Source: Candidatus Omnitrophota bacterium (GTDB lineage Bacteria > Omnitrophota > Gorgyraeia > Gygaellales > Profunditerraquicolaceae). Taken from it: a stretch of 64,000 nt of DNA. The notes under the pieces were generated by a model. That model was not told where the DNA came from and ran no database searches. It worked only from the letters and a program-made list of their open reading frames with translations. The stretch's first letter is position 1. Each line of letters begins with the position of its first letter. Where the stretch lies: the NCBI GenBank assembly GCA_025453395.1, contig JALOQK010000001.1, positions 166,313-230,312 of the forward strand, in the 5' to 3' direction. The position numbers and the translations under genes are program-made. Shown piece after piece: positions 34,731 through 44,872 of this stretch.

Positions 34731-36404
34731 CTAATCCGCAGGGGTTACCCGCAAGACCTCTTCTATAGTTATTATGCCGGCGCGGGCTAATTCCTGCGCC
34801 TCTTCCCTTAAAGTGCGCATGCCTTCCTTGCGGGCTATTTCTTTAATCACCTTCTCTTCAATATTCTTGCCCACGATAGCATCTTTAATCACGGCTGTTA
34901 GATGTAAAACCTCGGCCAATAAAATCCGCCCCTTATATCCTGTACCCATGCATTCTTTACAGCCTTTCCCGCGAAAATACGGCTGCGATGGAACAGGCTC
35001 TTTGCAATGTACGCAGATCCTGCGCGCTAATCTTTGTGAAACAATGGCGATCAATGAAGCGTTAATCAAGAATGACTCCACCCCCATATCCAACAGGCGC
35101 ACTACCGACCCGGCAGCAGTAGTAGTATGAAGCGTGCTTAAAACCAAATGCCCGGTTAACGCCGCTTTAATAGCGATATCTACAGTCTCAAAATCTCGGA
35201 TCTCGCCGATCATGATAATATCTGGGTCTTGCCTTAGAATAGAACGTAGGCAACGGCTAAAGTTCAGCCCAGTTTTGATATTAATAGACACCTGGTTAAT
35301 CCCTTTTAGCTGATATTCAACAGGATCTTCAACGGTAATAATATTTTTTTCTGGGGTATGCACATATTTTAATAAAGAATACAAAGTAGAGGTTTTGCCT
35401 GAACCTGTGGGCCCACAAACCAAAAGCATGCCGTGGGGCAATTGGGCGGCTTTTTTAAGCCCGGATATAACCGCATCTGTTAAGCCTAACTTATTTAAAT
35501 CCAATAACCCTAAAGATTTATCCAATATCCTGATCGCCACTTTCTCGCCCAATATCGTTGGGTATGATGAAACACGAAAATCAACTTCCTTGTCTTTTCT
35601 TCTAATCTTAAACTGGCCATCTTGAGGGAAACGGTGCTCCGCTATATCCAGATCCGATATGACCTTAATGCGCGACACAATAAAAGGATGAAAAGCCCGC
35701 GGCAGGCTTTCTATATGCCGGTATACCCCATCAATACGGAAACGTATCCTAGTTGCCCCTTCCAAAGGCTCAATCAACACATCGCTTGCCTTTGCGTCAA
35801 TAGCTTTATCCATAATAAAATTTGTCGCTTTAACAATGGGCATCTCCTGGGTAATCTGCGCCAGGTCTTGCGCGTCAAACTCACCTCTTGTCTTAATGGA
35901 AATATCCGAAAGGCTATCTCCTAAGATATCTTCCATTTCCATATTTGCTTCTTCGGGCTTATCTCCCAGCTGAACGCCGTAATAATGATGCAATAATTTA
36001 TCCATTTCAGCGCCAGCTATAACAACTGGATTGATTTTATGGCCTGATGCCTCTTGAATATCCTCTAAATCAACAACGGTGCTGAGATTTGCTATAGCTA
36101 AAAGAATCCCGTTTTCAGTCTTTATTAAGGGGAAAATACGGTATTTGCGCGCATTCTGCTCTGATACGAAACTTAATGTTTCGGCTCGGATAGTAAGCTG
36201 GGAAATGTCAAATTCGGGAACGGGGCAATTGGATTTGATAAAACCTTCAAGCTTCTGCTTATTGATCAGAATATCCTCTGTTAAAACCAGGCTTAAAGGC
36301 TTATTATTGGCAGCCTGCAGAGAAAAAACCTCGCCAACCTGGGAGGCCTTTAACAACCCATTCTGGGCGAGAAGCTGGATGATCTGACGCTTGGGATAAA
36401 TCAT
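34731..36404 (-). CDS. Second PilB/GspE ATPase
   Basis: GPTGSGKT, TVEDPVE, LRQDPD, STLHT and CxxC/CxxC motifs. Confidence 0.92.
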   Translation of the reverse strand: MIYPKRQIIQLLAQNGLLKASQVGEVFSLQAANNKPLSLVLTEDILINKQKLEGFIKSNCPVPEFDISQLTIRAETLSFVSEQNARKYRIFPLIKTENGILLAIANLSTVVDLEDIQEASGHKINPVVIAGAEMDKLLHHYYGVQLGDKPEEANMEMEDILGDSLSDISIKTRGEFDAQDLAQITQEMPIVKATNFIMDKAIDAKASDVLIEPLEGATRIRFRIDGVYRHIESLPRAFHPFIVSRIKVISDLDIAEHRFPQDGQFKIRRKDKEVDFRVSSYPTILGEKVAIRILDKSLGLLDLNKLGLTDAVISGLKKAAQLPHGMLLVCGPTGSGKTSTLYSLLKYVHTPEKNIITVEDPVEYQLKGINQVSINIKTGLNFSRCLRSILRQDPDIIMIGEIRDFETVDIAIKAALTGHLVLSTLHTTTAAGSVVRLLDMGVESFLINASLIAIVSQRLARRICVHCKEPVPSQPYFRGKGCKECMGTGYKGRILLAEVLHLTAVIKDAIVGKNIEEKVIKEIARKEGMRTLREEAQELARAGIITIEEVLRVTPAD

Positions 36405-36428
36405 TCAAGATTTATAGGTTAATAAAAA

Positions 36429-36457
36429 ATTATAACCAATCACGAGGGGATAGTCAA
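36429..36457 (-). promoter_or_regulatory. Sigma70 promoter of the pilB-pilB-GGDEF-MshEN-pilC operon
   Basis: TTGACT (36457-36452), 17 nt spacer, TATAAT (36434-36429). Confidence 0.7.
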
Positions 36458-36591
36458 GCGGTATTGCTTAGGGCGACTTACCTGCAAATCCGCTTGCGGA
36501 AGAAACCGCTAAATTGACAAGTTTTGTTCCCGGGCTGGTGTGGAAAATATCGCGCCTTAAGATGAAACACAAAGCGCGCCTTTTCATGCAA

Positions 36592-37929
36592 TTACCTCTT
36601 TTTATTGGTCGAACTGGCTTCTTGAGGATTTTTCCAAAATTCCCTGATCACATAATAAGCCTGACGGGGAATCCTTTTATTTAAACCCTGCCCGCCGGCA
36701 GACTGTGCGCCTTCTGTTTCTTCGGACAATCCCACGATCCCAAACCATTCCTCATTCATATTCTTATTCCCGGGCGCCTGGTTATCAAAATAATAACTTC
36801 CGTTAGACCAGTTGGAACCGGTGTCATGAACTTTCCAGCTGCCGGGGTTAGATTCATTATTCTTCCACCATTCATCAGTCCATTCAAACATAAAACCGCC
36901 CAAACAATTTCCTTCTCCTTGGCTGCTGGAATAAAGATTGTTGTAGATCTGCCGCCACTGTGATTCCAAAAAGAATGCCTGCATCTGCTGGTCTTCTTTT
37001 TGGTTGTAGGCGTCATAACAATCTGCGCCAAACTCAGATAAGAATACCGGAAGGTCAAAAGTTGTCTTTAAAGAGCTAAAGAAATTACCGAAACTTTTCC
37101 CTCGGTAAATAATACAAGCAATAATATCAATGTCTTTACAAACCAAAGAAGCAGTATCAAGGCCAAACAATTCACCGTTTCCTAAGGCAACCGGATGGGC
37201 TGTGTCAATTTTCTTTATTTCCCGGGCTATATCATTAACATACGAATAATAAATCTTGGCGCGCATAGATTGCTGGGCACGGGGGTCTTTTTCATTGTCT
37301 ATTTCTTCTGTGGACCACGGGTTAACCCTGCCCAAACAGGAATAATTATTTTCGTTACCCAAGATCCAGCACAACACCCCGGGTTCATCTTTGTAAAGGC
37401 GCACCATTTCCAAGACTTCATTCTTTATTTTTTTCTGGAATTCTTGATTTCCGTAGAATGGACAGGGATAATTCCAAAACCCCAGCCAGCTTCCTAACGC
37501 GGTGCGAATACCAAATTTCTCATAGAGATCTCTTATGACAAGCCTGACTTTCTCCGGGTCTTCGCCTGATTCATACAAGCGCACTGCGTTAATGCCCATA
37601 TCCTGCATTAGTTTGCCGTCTACCAACCACGGCTTATGGGGGTCCTGATACCATTCATATTCATGGCCTTGCCCCACAGAAACAGGATTATAGCAAACCC
37701 CTTTGATAACAAATGGTTTTCCATCTACCATTAATTGATACCGGCTATTCGTTGATTTTTTTATATAAACAGAGGGCTTAGGCGCAGCAAAAGAAACACC
37801 AAAAGATACCGCCAAAAAGAACAGAAACAAGGGGACGGTTCTATTTTTCAGCATAAAAATAGAACCGTCCCCTTTATTCGAACCGTCCCCTTTATTCGAA
37901 TTCCGAATCCTAAATTCTGTTTTATTCAT
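36592..37929 (-). CDS. Secreted clan GH-A (GH2-like TIM barrel) glycoside hydrolase
   Basis: Signal peptide, IKGVCY, MGINAVRLY, LGNEN (acid/base), SEFG (nucleophile) and FEWTDEWWK. Confidence 0.8.
   Translation of the reverse strand: MNKTEFRIRNSNKGDGSNKGDGSIFMLKNRTVPLFLFFLAVSFGVSFAAPKPSVYIKKSTNSRYQLMVDGKPFVIKGVCYNPVSVGQGHEYEWYQDPHKPWLVDGKLMQDMGINAVRLYESGEDPEKVRLVIRDLYEKFGIRTALGSWLGFWNYPCPFYGNQEFQKKIKNEVLEMVRLYKDEPGVLCWILGNENNYSCLGRVNPWSTEEIDNEKDPRAQQSMRAKIYYSYVNDIAREIKKIDTAHPVALGNGELFGLDTASLVCKDIDIIACIIYRGKSFGNFFSSLKTTFDLPVFLSEFGADCYDAYNQKEDQQMQAFFLESQWRQIYNNLYSSSQGEGNCLGGFMFEWTDEWWKNNESNPGSWKVHDTGSNWSNGSYYFDNQAPGNKNMNEEWFGIVGLSEETEGAQSAGGQGLNKRIPRQAYYVIREFWKNPQEASSTNKKR
37829..37897. repeat. 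REP-like palindrome family B with duplicated arm
   Basis: 20-bp arms AAGGGGACGGTTCTATTTTT / AAAAATAGAACCGTCCCCTT, plus an 18-nt tandem duplication GAACCGTCCCCTTTATTC. Confidence 0.9.
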
Positions 37930-39100
37930 ACTTTATTTCATCAAGAGAGAATACTACGCCGTCAGGATTAACATCAAGATTAGTCGCCCAGCAAAAACCT
38001 CCAATAATATAAGAAAGATCCTTTCCTTTCAAATCAATTGTGTACTGGGTCCATTCTTTATTTAATATAACTGGACCTATTCCGGAGCTATCAGAATCAG
38101 AGAATTCACCCATAATGCCTCCTAGCTTGAATTCTTCAATTCTTTCTCCGCCTTTTTCACCGCGCGCCCAGAAAGTAACTTTGACAGCTTTAGAAAGATC
38201 ATACCCGGCATCTACGCTTCCCCAGTTATTCGCTGGATTCTGCCAATAAGTCCCTGCCCAGCGCGAACCTTGAGTAGCTTTATTGTTATAGGTAATCTTA
38301 ATACAGGTATCGCCTAAATAGGGATCTTCTTTGCTGTTAGTATCGATCTTGATATCGCTGTAATCGCCCATCCATCCCGCTGGAATAAAATGATTCTTGG
38401 CTGACGAACGGTCTGAAAACACGTAAAAAGGCATAGCTTCCTGTTTTCTTCCCTCTGGCTTCAAAGTCGGGTCCATTTCAAATCTAATATCATCAATATA
38501 AAATGTAGCGCCGTTAGGATTGACATCAGCGTTAGTCACCCAGCCAAAACCTGCGCTTATATAAGAAAGGTCTTTGCCGGCTAAATTAATGCTGTATTCT
38601 TTCCATGCGTCAGTTAATTCCACAGGGCCCATCTCAACAGTAGCAGAATCAGGATATGTTCCTTTAATGCCTCCTAAAATAAACTTCTGGATAACTTCTC
38701 CGCCTTTTTCACCGCGCGCCCAGAAAACAATCTTGTTCATGCCGGTTAAATCAAAGCCGCCTTTTTTAGAACCCCAGTTATTCGCTGGATTCTGCCAATA
38801 AACCCCTACCCAGCCCTGGCCTTGGGATCTTTTCGCAGAATAAATAAATTTCAGGCAGCTTGCGCCAGAATGGGCATTGTTCATTTCCTGATCATTCATG
38901 ATCACATCACCCGTATCTCCCATCCAACCAGAAGGGATATAGTGGTTTTCTGGAGAACGCTTATCCGCATAAACACCAAACACCTTGTCCGTTGAGGCCA
39001 GCGCAGGCGCGGCAGCCGGCGCAGACTCTTCAGCAACAGCCACAGAGACTATCCCTACCAAGCCTAACACGGCAATTGCCATTAATGCCAATTTCTTCAT
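37922..39100 (-). CDS. Secreted protein with two tandem carbohydrate-binding-like (beta-sandwich) domains
   Basis: Signal peptide; two ~184 aa repeats (IPxGWMGD, YWQNPANNWG, FWARGEKGGE, WxxYxIxL). CBM function is inferred from the aromatic pattern and context. Confidence 0.7.
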   Translation of the reverse strand: MKKLALMAIAVLGLVGIVSVAVAEESAPAAAPALASTDKVFGVYADKRSPENHYIPSGWMGDTGDVIMNDQEMNNAHSGASCLKFIYSAKRSQGQGWVGVYWQNPANNWGSKKGGFDLTGMNKIVFWARGEKGGEVIQKFILGGIKGTYPDSATVEMGPVELTDAWKEYSINLAGKDLSYISAGFGWVTNADVNPNGATFYIDDIRFEMDPTLKPEGRKQEAMPFYVFSDRSSAKNHFIPAGWMGDYSDIKIDTNSKEDPYLGDTCIKITYNNKATQGSRWAGTYWQNPANNWGSVDAGYDLSKAVKVTFWARGEKGGERIEEFKLGGIMGEFSDSDSSGIGPVILNKEWTQYTIDLKGKDLSYIIGGFCWATNLDVNPDGVVFSLDEIKYE

Positions 39101-39157
39101 TTTACTTCCTCCTTTTTATTTTTATCTATTTTAAGCACTCTTTTCTGTTTTTATTCT

Positions 39158-39197
39158 CTAATTTTGAATTTTTAGTTTTTAGTTTTGAACTTTTAAT
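39158..39197. repeat. Partial (T-rich arm) copy of repeat family A
   Basis: ttttgaatttttagtttttagttttgaactttt. Confidence 0.55.
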
Positions 39198-39205
39198 CCC
39201 CCTTT

Positions 39206-41527
39206 CTACCTCCAAAGCTTTTGATATAAATAATAAGATTTGCGTAAATGCCTCAAGAATGGGCTATCTTTGCCTTGGCCTTGCGAACAAAGGCCAAACC
39301 ATTCTTCATAGTAATATCCGTCCGGAAACGGGCCTATAGCGATACCTTTAGTATCATGCAGGCTTGGCTCATAAGCCTTCCACCATTCATCCACCCACTC
39401 AAAAACTACTGCCCCGATAGAATTACCGGCGCCTTCTTGAAAAGCCATATTCATAGCGATATCTTCCCATGCTGCCTTATGGTAGTTAGCCTGAAGCTGT
39501 TCGCCTTCTTCTGGTAACCTGCCTTGAGAATAAGCAGGACAGCCGTATTCTGTGATAAATACCGGGACATCTGCTGCTTCTTTTACCTGCTTCCACAAAA
39601 ATCCAAAGCCATAATCCCCCCTGTAGGCATTAATGCCGAAAATGTCCACAGCTGGGGCGTTCTTAGAGAAACTATTTAAGTATAGCACATCTCCGTTGCA
39701 AATAGCAACCGGATGGGCTGTGTCAATAGATTTGATCATTTCCGCCGCCTGGTTGACAAAAGAAAAATAAGCGTCCGGCTCTTTGTCCGCGTTGCAAGCA
39801 TAACCATAGACATTTTCATTTCCCAAAAGCCAAAACAAAATATAAGGCTCATTTTTATATTCTTCCACCATTTTTCTCACAGATGCGAGCATATTCTTTT
39901 TATGCTCCGGGTTCTTGTAATCTGTCCCCGGATTCCAGGAGGCCCCTGAACCAATGGCATATTTACCCAAGAAATCCCCCATGATTACTCTTATGCCGTA
40001 TTTCTCATACATCTGGCGCAATATTTGTTTATCCGGCTGAAATGGCTGATGATATATCCTCATGGTATTTACGCCCATCATCTTCATCAGCCTAAAATCC
40101 CCAACTGAAGGCTCATTGGAATCTTGTTTGCCGTTATTATTACGGTCCACATAGGCGTCATACGGCCCATCAATCTTACCGTTTTTATTAAAATCACTCT
40201 TCATCCAATCACTCAATGTTTTGTCATCCGGGGATTCGCCTATCTTTGTGGGGGCATAAGTGATGCCTTTTATAATATAAGGCCTGCCATCAACTATCAT
40301 CTGCCAATCGCCGTTCTTATACTGGATAAGATGCACCTTGCCTTTACCGCGGCGCCTTTTAATGTTCAATAAATCATACGCCGGGCGAGGGGTAATCTTT
40401 TGCAGAAAGGTCACCTTTTCAAACTTGCCCGGGTTGGCAATCACAATGTCATTAGCAACACTATTATCATAACCATTTATTATCTTAATATCCAGGCCTG
40501 TAAGCCGATAGCCGATTTGAGGGTTGCTGCGCAAAAGAGAAATTACTTTACTTGCGGCGGCCTGCCCTATGTACCAAGGCGTATGCCAATAGGTCCAACC
40601 GTAACTGCCCGGAAAATGCACCACAATGGCGTAATAACATTTGATCGCCTGCTTGATTAACCCCGACTTTTCAAACATCAATCCTGTATAAAACAGTTTG
40701 GTGGCCGGCGATTCCGGAGCAGTAGCCCATTTTAAGAAAGCCGCCTCCAGGTCCGGAGAATGCACAAAATCCCAGTGGCTTCCCTCAAGCCGTTTCTCTT
40801 TAAGGGCCTTTTTATACTCCGGGTCCCAGCGCACAGAAGTAGTATTAGGATAAATGCCTTCGCCAACAGCCGCGCTTAATCCCTCTTGATCATTAATCAC
40901 ATATTTATAATCTTTTGTGCCCGCCCCAATAAATTGGCCATATTTAGCATAATCCACAAATTCTTCCCTGCCCGCGTCATAAAGGATTATTTTTGTGACC
41001 AACTGGCTGACTTGAGGTTTTTGCTCTTGCCCAATAACACCTGTATTGATTTTCTCAAGGCTCTTTTTACTGGCGTCAGCAATCTGCCAATACCATCCGC
41101 GCGGATCCCAGCTTTGCGCAAAAGAATATTTATCAATAATAAGCTGAAAGGTTTTCTTGGCATCCTCAATTTTATCCTGGCGCATATAACTTTCAGCCTG
41201 GATAAAATAGGCCACCGCCACATCATTTAGCGCCTGGACGGAAGCGATTTCTTTATCTTTAGGAAGGCTTGTTAATGACGCCTGCTCTTGGGCCGCTTCT
41301 TGCTTATATAACTGGATACACTGATTGGTATATTGGAAAGTCGCCTCTACATCATACTTACCATGCGCTTCCCAAGCTTTAGTAATTAATTCACTGGAAG
41401 ATGGCTTATCTTCTGCAAGCGCAAAATGTAAAGCGAAAAACGCAAAACCAAAACTTAAAACTAAAAGTTTTAAATTTTGAATTATAATTTTACGCTTTGC
41501 GCTTTTCGTTTTTCGCTGAAATTTCAT
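39206..41527 (-). CDS. Secreted TPR-containing clan GH-A (GH2-like) glycoside hydrolase
   Basis: TPR-like N-terminus, IKGITY, MGVNTMRIY, LGNEN, TEYG and FEWVDEWWK; paralog of 36592..37929. Confidence 0.8.
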   Translation of the reverse strand: MKFQRKTKSAKRKIIIQNLKLLVLSFGFAFFALHFALAEDKPSSSELITKAWEAHGKYDVEATFQYTNQCIQLYKQEAAQEQASLTSLPKDKEIASVQALNDVAVAYFIQAESYMRQDKIEDAKKTFQLIIDKYSFAQSWDPRGWYWQIADASKKSLEKINTGVIGQEQKPQVSQLVTKIILYDAGREEFVDYAKYGQFIGAGTKDYKYVINDQEGLSAAVGEGIYPNTTSVRWDPEYKKALKEKRLEGSHWDFVHSPDLEAAFLKWATAPESPATKLFYTGLMFEKSGLIKQAIKCYYAIVVHFPGSYGWTYWHTPWYIGQAAASKVISLLRSNPQIGYRLTGLDIKIINGYDNSVANDIVIANPGKFEKVTFLQKITPRPAYDLLNIKRRRGKGKVHLIQYKNGDWQMIVDGRPYIIKGITYAPTKIGESPDDKTLSDWMKSDFNKNGKIDGPYDAYVDRNNNGKQDSNEPSVGDFRLMKMMGVNTMRIYHQPFQPDKQILRQMYEKYGIRVIMGDFLGKYAIGSGASWNPGTDYKNPEHKKNMLASVRKMVEEYKNEPYILFWLLGNENVYGYACNADKEPDAYFSFVNQAAEMIKSIDTAHPVAICNGDVLYLNSFSKNAPAVDIFGINAYRGDYGFGFLWKQVKEAADVPVFITEYGCPAYSQGRLPEEGEQLQANYHKAAWEDIAMNMAFQEGAGNSIGAVVFEWVDEWWKAYEPSLHDTKGIAIGPFPDGYYYEEWFGLCSQGQGKDSPFLRHLRKSYYLYQKLWR
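41417..41518. repeat. Repeat family A, copy 4 (inverted; encodes a signal peptide)
   Basis: Reverse-complement core at 41475-41485 with the same arms as copies 1-3. Confidence 0.8.
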
Positions 41528-41542
41528 TTTACAATCACTCCT

Positions 41543-43036
41543 CTAGTCACGTCTTTCTTTTCTGCGCTTTTCTTCTTCAACTCGCTTTTCTTCGCTTCGT
41601 CTTTCTCCTCTTCGCCTTTCAACCTGCATGCGAACGTCATGGCACTTAGCCTCTGACATGTCAAAAGTCATAATAATAAAAATTGCCGCCAGGGAAGTAA
41701 CAATCGGAATGCCGATATCGCACAGGCGCATATACAATAAAGCCTTGGGCGTCTGGTTGGCGGCTAACGCGATATTAAAGCCGGTTACATTTAAGAGAAC
41801 CCCGGAGAGAACCGAGGCGCCTGCCTGCCCGAGTTTTTGTATCCACCAATAAATACCGCTAAACATACCTTCTCTGCGGGTGCCGGTTTGCAGTTCGTCC
41901 AGATCGCAGACATCAGCAACCATGGAAGGAACCATGGTAAAAAGCGCCCCCAGATGAAATGCCAGAAACGGGACAGCGATCATCAATAAATAGGGATGTT
42001 GAGGATTATACCCTATCCATTTCAAGGCATAACCAAAAATTGCCAGGCACATGGCAATTAAAAAGGTCTTTCTTTTCCCAAGCTTTGTGGAAATCCAGGT
42101 AGTCAAAGAAATTGCAATAAAAGTACAGATGGAACTAGCCGTTCCAAACCAACCCAATAATGTTCCGCCTTTACCCCAATCTCCAGCATAAACATAATAT
42201 ACAATAACATACAGCGTAAAGGCGCTGGCTAACATGAATCCGTTGAAGATCAAGAATGTTACCGCGATAAGCTTAACAAAGGGAATGCACTTTAAAGAAG
42301 TCGCGCAATTGCTCAACAGTCCCTTTATAACATTCCAATATCCCTTTTCTTTCTTAGGCCTGGGCAAATCAGCGAATTGCTCTTTATTAAAAATAGCCGG
42401 AAGAATGCCTCCAACTATGATAAAAACCCCAACCATAATAGATATAGACCGCGCTCCATGGACAATATCCGTAAACATCGCTTTGTTATTCATCAGCTTA
42501 AAAAACCAGGGCGCGACAAGCCAGGCAATTTGAGCGAAAAAATTGCTGAATCCCTGCAAGCGGGTACGCTCATGATAATCAGGCGTCATTTCATACCCTA
42601 GCGCGATCCAGGGGATAGAATAACAGGCAAAAGAAATAACAAAGAAACATTGGATTATTAAAAAGTACCAAAAATAGAAACTTTCAACATGCCCCTTATG
42701 CAGCTGGAACATGAGCGCGAATAAAACACCCGAAGTAACAGCCCCAAAAAATATCCAAGGCTTACGTCGCCCCCAGCGGGTCCGGGTATTGTCTGAACTA
42801 TGGCCGATCAATGGATCTGAAAAGGCATCAATAAGCCGCGGGATGGCCCCAATCAAGCCCACTAAAGCCGGGTTCATGCCTAACCCTAAGTTTAAAACAA
42901 TAACCAGCGATCCAATAGCCGCGGCCTGGAATTGATTAACCAGCGACCCTATGCTATATGCTAATTTCTGAAAAATAGAAATACGGTCTTTGCTAGCTGT
43001 AGTATGGTGTTTTAACTTACCGGCTGATTGTTCCAT
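41543..43036 (-). CDS. MFS transporter, glycoside-pentoside-hexuronide (GPH) family
   Basis: DAFSDPLIG..SDNTRTRWGRRKPW and ADVCD...GTRREG motifs. Confidence 0.92.
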   Translation of the reverse strand: MEQSAGKLKHHTTASKDRISIFQKLAYSIGSLVNQFQAAAIGSLVIVLNLGLGMNPALVGLIGAIPRLIDAFSDPLIGHSSDNTRTRWGRRKPWIFFGAVTSGVLFALMFQLHKGHVESFYFWYFLIIQCFFVISFACYSIPWIALGYEMTPDYHERTRLQGFSNFFAQIAWLVAPWFFKLMNNKAMFTDIVHGARSISIMVGVFIIVGGILPAIFNKEQFADLPRPKKEKGYWNVIKGLLSNCATSLKCIPFVKLIAVTFLIFNGFMLASAFTLYVIVYYVYAGDWGKGGTLLGWFGTASSICTFIAISLTTWISTKLGKRKTFLIAMCLAIFGYALKWIGYNPQHPYLLMIAVPFLAFHLGALFTMVPSMVADVCDLDELQTGTRREGMFSGIYWWIQKLGQAGASVLSGVLLNVTGFNIALAANQTPKALLYMRLCDIGIPIVTSLAAIFIIMTFDMSEAKCHDVRMQVERRRGERRSEEKRVEEEKRRKERRD

Positions 43037-43139
43037 TAATTAACCTTTCTGTTTTTGATTAAAACCCCTTTTAACGACAAGTGTTGCATTATAACAAATA
43101 TATCCGCCCTAAGCAATGTTATTGTCCGCCCTTAAAAGC

Positions 43140-43988
43140 TTATTCAAATACGCTGGCTTGGATCACTCCCCTGACAATATGCTTCTGCATTAATAAATAC
43201 ACTATAATTATAGGAAGCGCGGTTATAGTCAATCCCGCCATCAAAAGCGGGTAATTAGTCAAAAATTCCCCCTGAAACAAAACTAATGCCCGCTGAAGCG
43301 GCATCAGGCTTTTATTGTCAAATATCACAAGGGCCAAAACATATTCATTCCAAACATTAAGCGCGTTAAAAACCACCACCACCGCAATCATCGGCCTGGC
43401 AAAAGGCAATGCCACATGCCACCAGATGCCGATTTTGGAACAACCATCAATGCGCGCGGCGTCCTCAAGCTCTTTTGGCATCTTGTCAAAAAAGGTTTTA
43501 AGCAGGAATATGCTGCTTGATAAGCCAACATTGATCATGCATAAAATATAACCGATAGAGGTATCTCTTAATTGTAATTTATTTAAGAGCACGTATAGCG
43601 CCACAAAGCTTCCTGGAATAGGGATCATCATCGCCGCTATAAAAGTTAAAAACATCACATTCTTCCCGGGAAAACGAAAACGGGAAAAAGCATACCCCGC
43701 CAGAGAAGCAATAACCACGATCCCAAGCACAACCGAAACAGTATAGAAAATACTGTTTAAGAAATTCCCCCCGAATCCGCCTTGTTGCCAGGCATTAAAA
43801 TAGTTTTCAAAATGAAATTTACGCGGGATCAGTGAACCGCTTGAAAAAATCGTATCTTGCGTCTTGAAACTTGCGCAAACCATCCACAATAACGGATAAA
43901 GGCAGGTAATAGCCACACTAATAAGAAATAAGTGGATGAAGGAATTTAAAATGGCTTTCTTTATCTTGTAATAAGCGCTGTTTTTCAT
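43140..43988 (-). CDS. Carbohydrate ABC transporter permease (MalG-like)
   Basis: PKELEDAARIDG EAA loop and WNEY. Confidence 0.92.
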   Translation of the reverse strand: MKNSAYYKIKKAILNSFIHLFLISVAITCLYPLLWMVCASFKTQDTIFSSGSLIPRKFHFENYFNAWQQGGFGGNFLNSIFYTVSVVLGIVVIASLAGYAFSRFRFPGKNVMFLTFIAAMMIPIPGSFVALYVLLNKLQLRDTSIGYILCMINVGLSSSIFLLKTFFDKMPKELEDAARIDGCSKIGIWWHVALPFARPMIAVVVVFNALNVWNEYVLALVIFDNKSLMPLQRALVLFQGEFLTNYPLLMAGLTITALPIIIVYLLMQKHIVRGVIQASVFE

Positions 43989-44872
43989 TCTCGTGTTTTT
44001 ACTTTGACAGAAAAACGATACTGGATAAATGAAATAGCCACCAGAACCAACCCAAAGGTAACCCCTTGCGCGCAGGCATAGCCAAAACGCGAGCTGCCGC
44101 GCATTGAAGCTAAAATCCTTAAGACCGGCACTGACGTATGCCCGGCGAATTCTCCTGCTACCAATCCAATGATCAAGGCAAACACCTGCATACTGCCTAA
44201 GACCGTGAGTATCCCCACTAAAACAATAACCGGCAGCATCAAGGGGACTGTAATCTTGCGAAAAGACTGCCAGGCATTTGCTCCGTCAACGCGCGCCGCT
44301 TCATAAAGTTCGCGCGGAATAGTTTGCAACCCCGCCAAGAATATAAGAAACCCCCAACCAAACCCCTTCCAGCAATGCACTATTGCTACGGTAGTAAGCA
44401 CAGTCTTAGGATCAGACAACCAGTTGTGCGCTAAATTAGATAAACCAACCTGAATAAGCATGCGGTTAATAATATTTGCTCCGTCAATATCATTGATAAT
44501 AAAACGCCCCACCATGCCCACTACTATTTCCGATAATATGGGAGGAATGAAAAATATCAAGCGATACCAATTTTTCATCCGGATTTCACGGTCACACGCC
44601 CAGGCCAGCATAAATGCCAATATGTTCTGAAAGGTAAGCGCGATCAAAGTAATATACCCGGCATTGCCCATCGCCTGCCACCAACTCGCATCCTGAAAGA
44701 ATATTTCTTTAAAATTAGCCAGGCCCACAAAAACACGTGTGAGCGATATCCCATCCCATTCATAAAGCCCGAGTTGAAAAACCCAGATAAACGGAATTAT
44801 ATAAAATACAGAAAAAATCGCCACCGCCGGCAGCACAAAGGCATAATTTTCTAAAGTAGATTTTATCCGCAT
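43985..44872 (-). CDS. Carbohydrate ABC transporter permease (MalF-like)
   Basis: LAGLQTIPRELYEAARVDGA. Confidence 0.92.
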   Translation of the reverse strand: MRIKSTLENYAFVLPAVAIFSVFYIIPFIWVFQLGLYEWDGISLTRVFVGLANFKEIFFQDASWWQAMGNAGYITLIALTFQNILAFMLAWACDREIRMKNWYRLIFFIPPILSEIVVGMVGRFIINDIDGANIINRMLIQVGLSNLAHNWLSDPKTVLTTVAIVHCWKGFGWGFLIFLAGLQTIPRELYEAARVDGANAWQSFRKITVPLMLPVIVLVGILTVLGSMQVFALIIGLVAGEFAGHTSVPVLRILASMRGSSRFGYACAQGVTFGLVLVAISFIQYRFSVKVKTRE

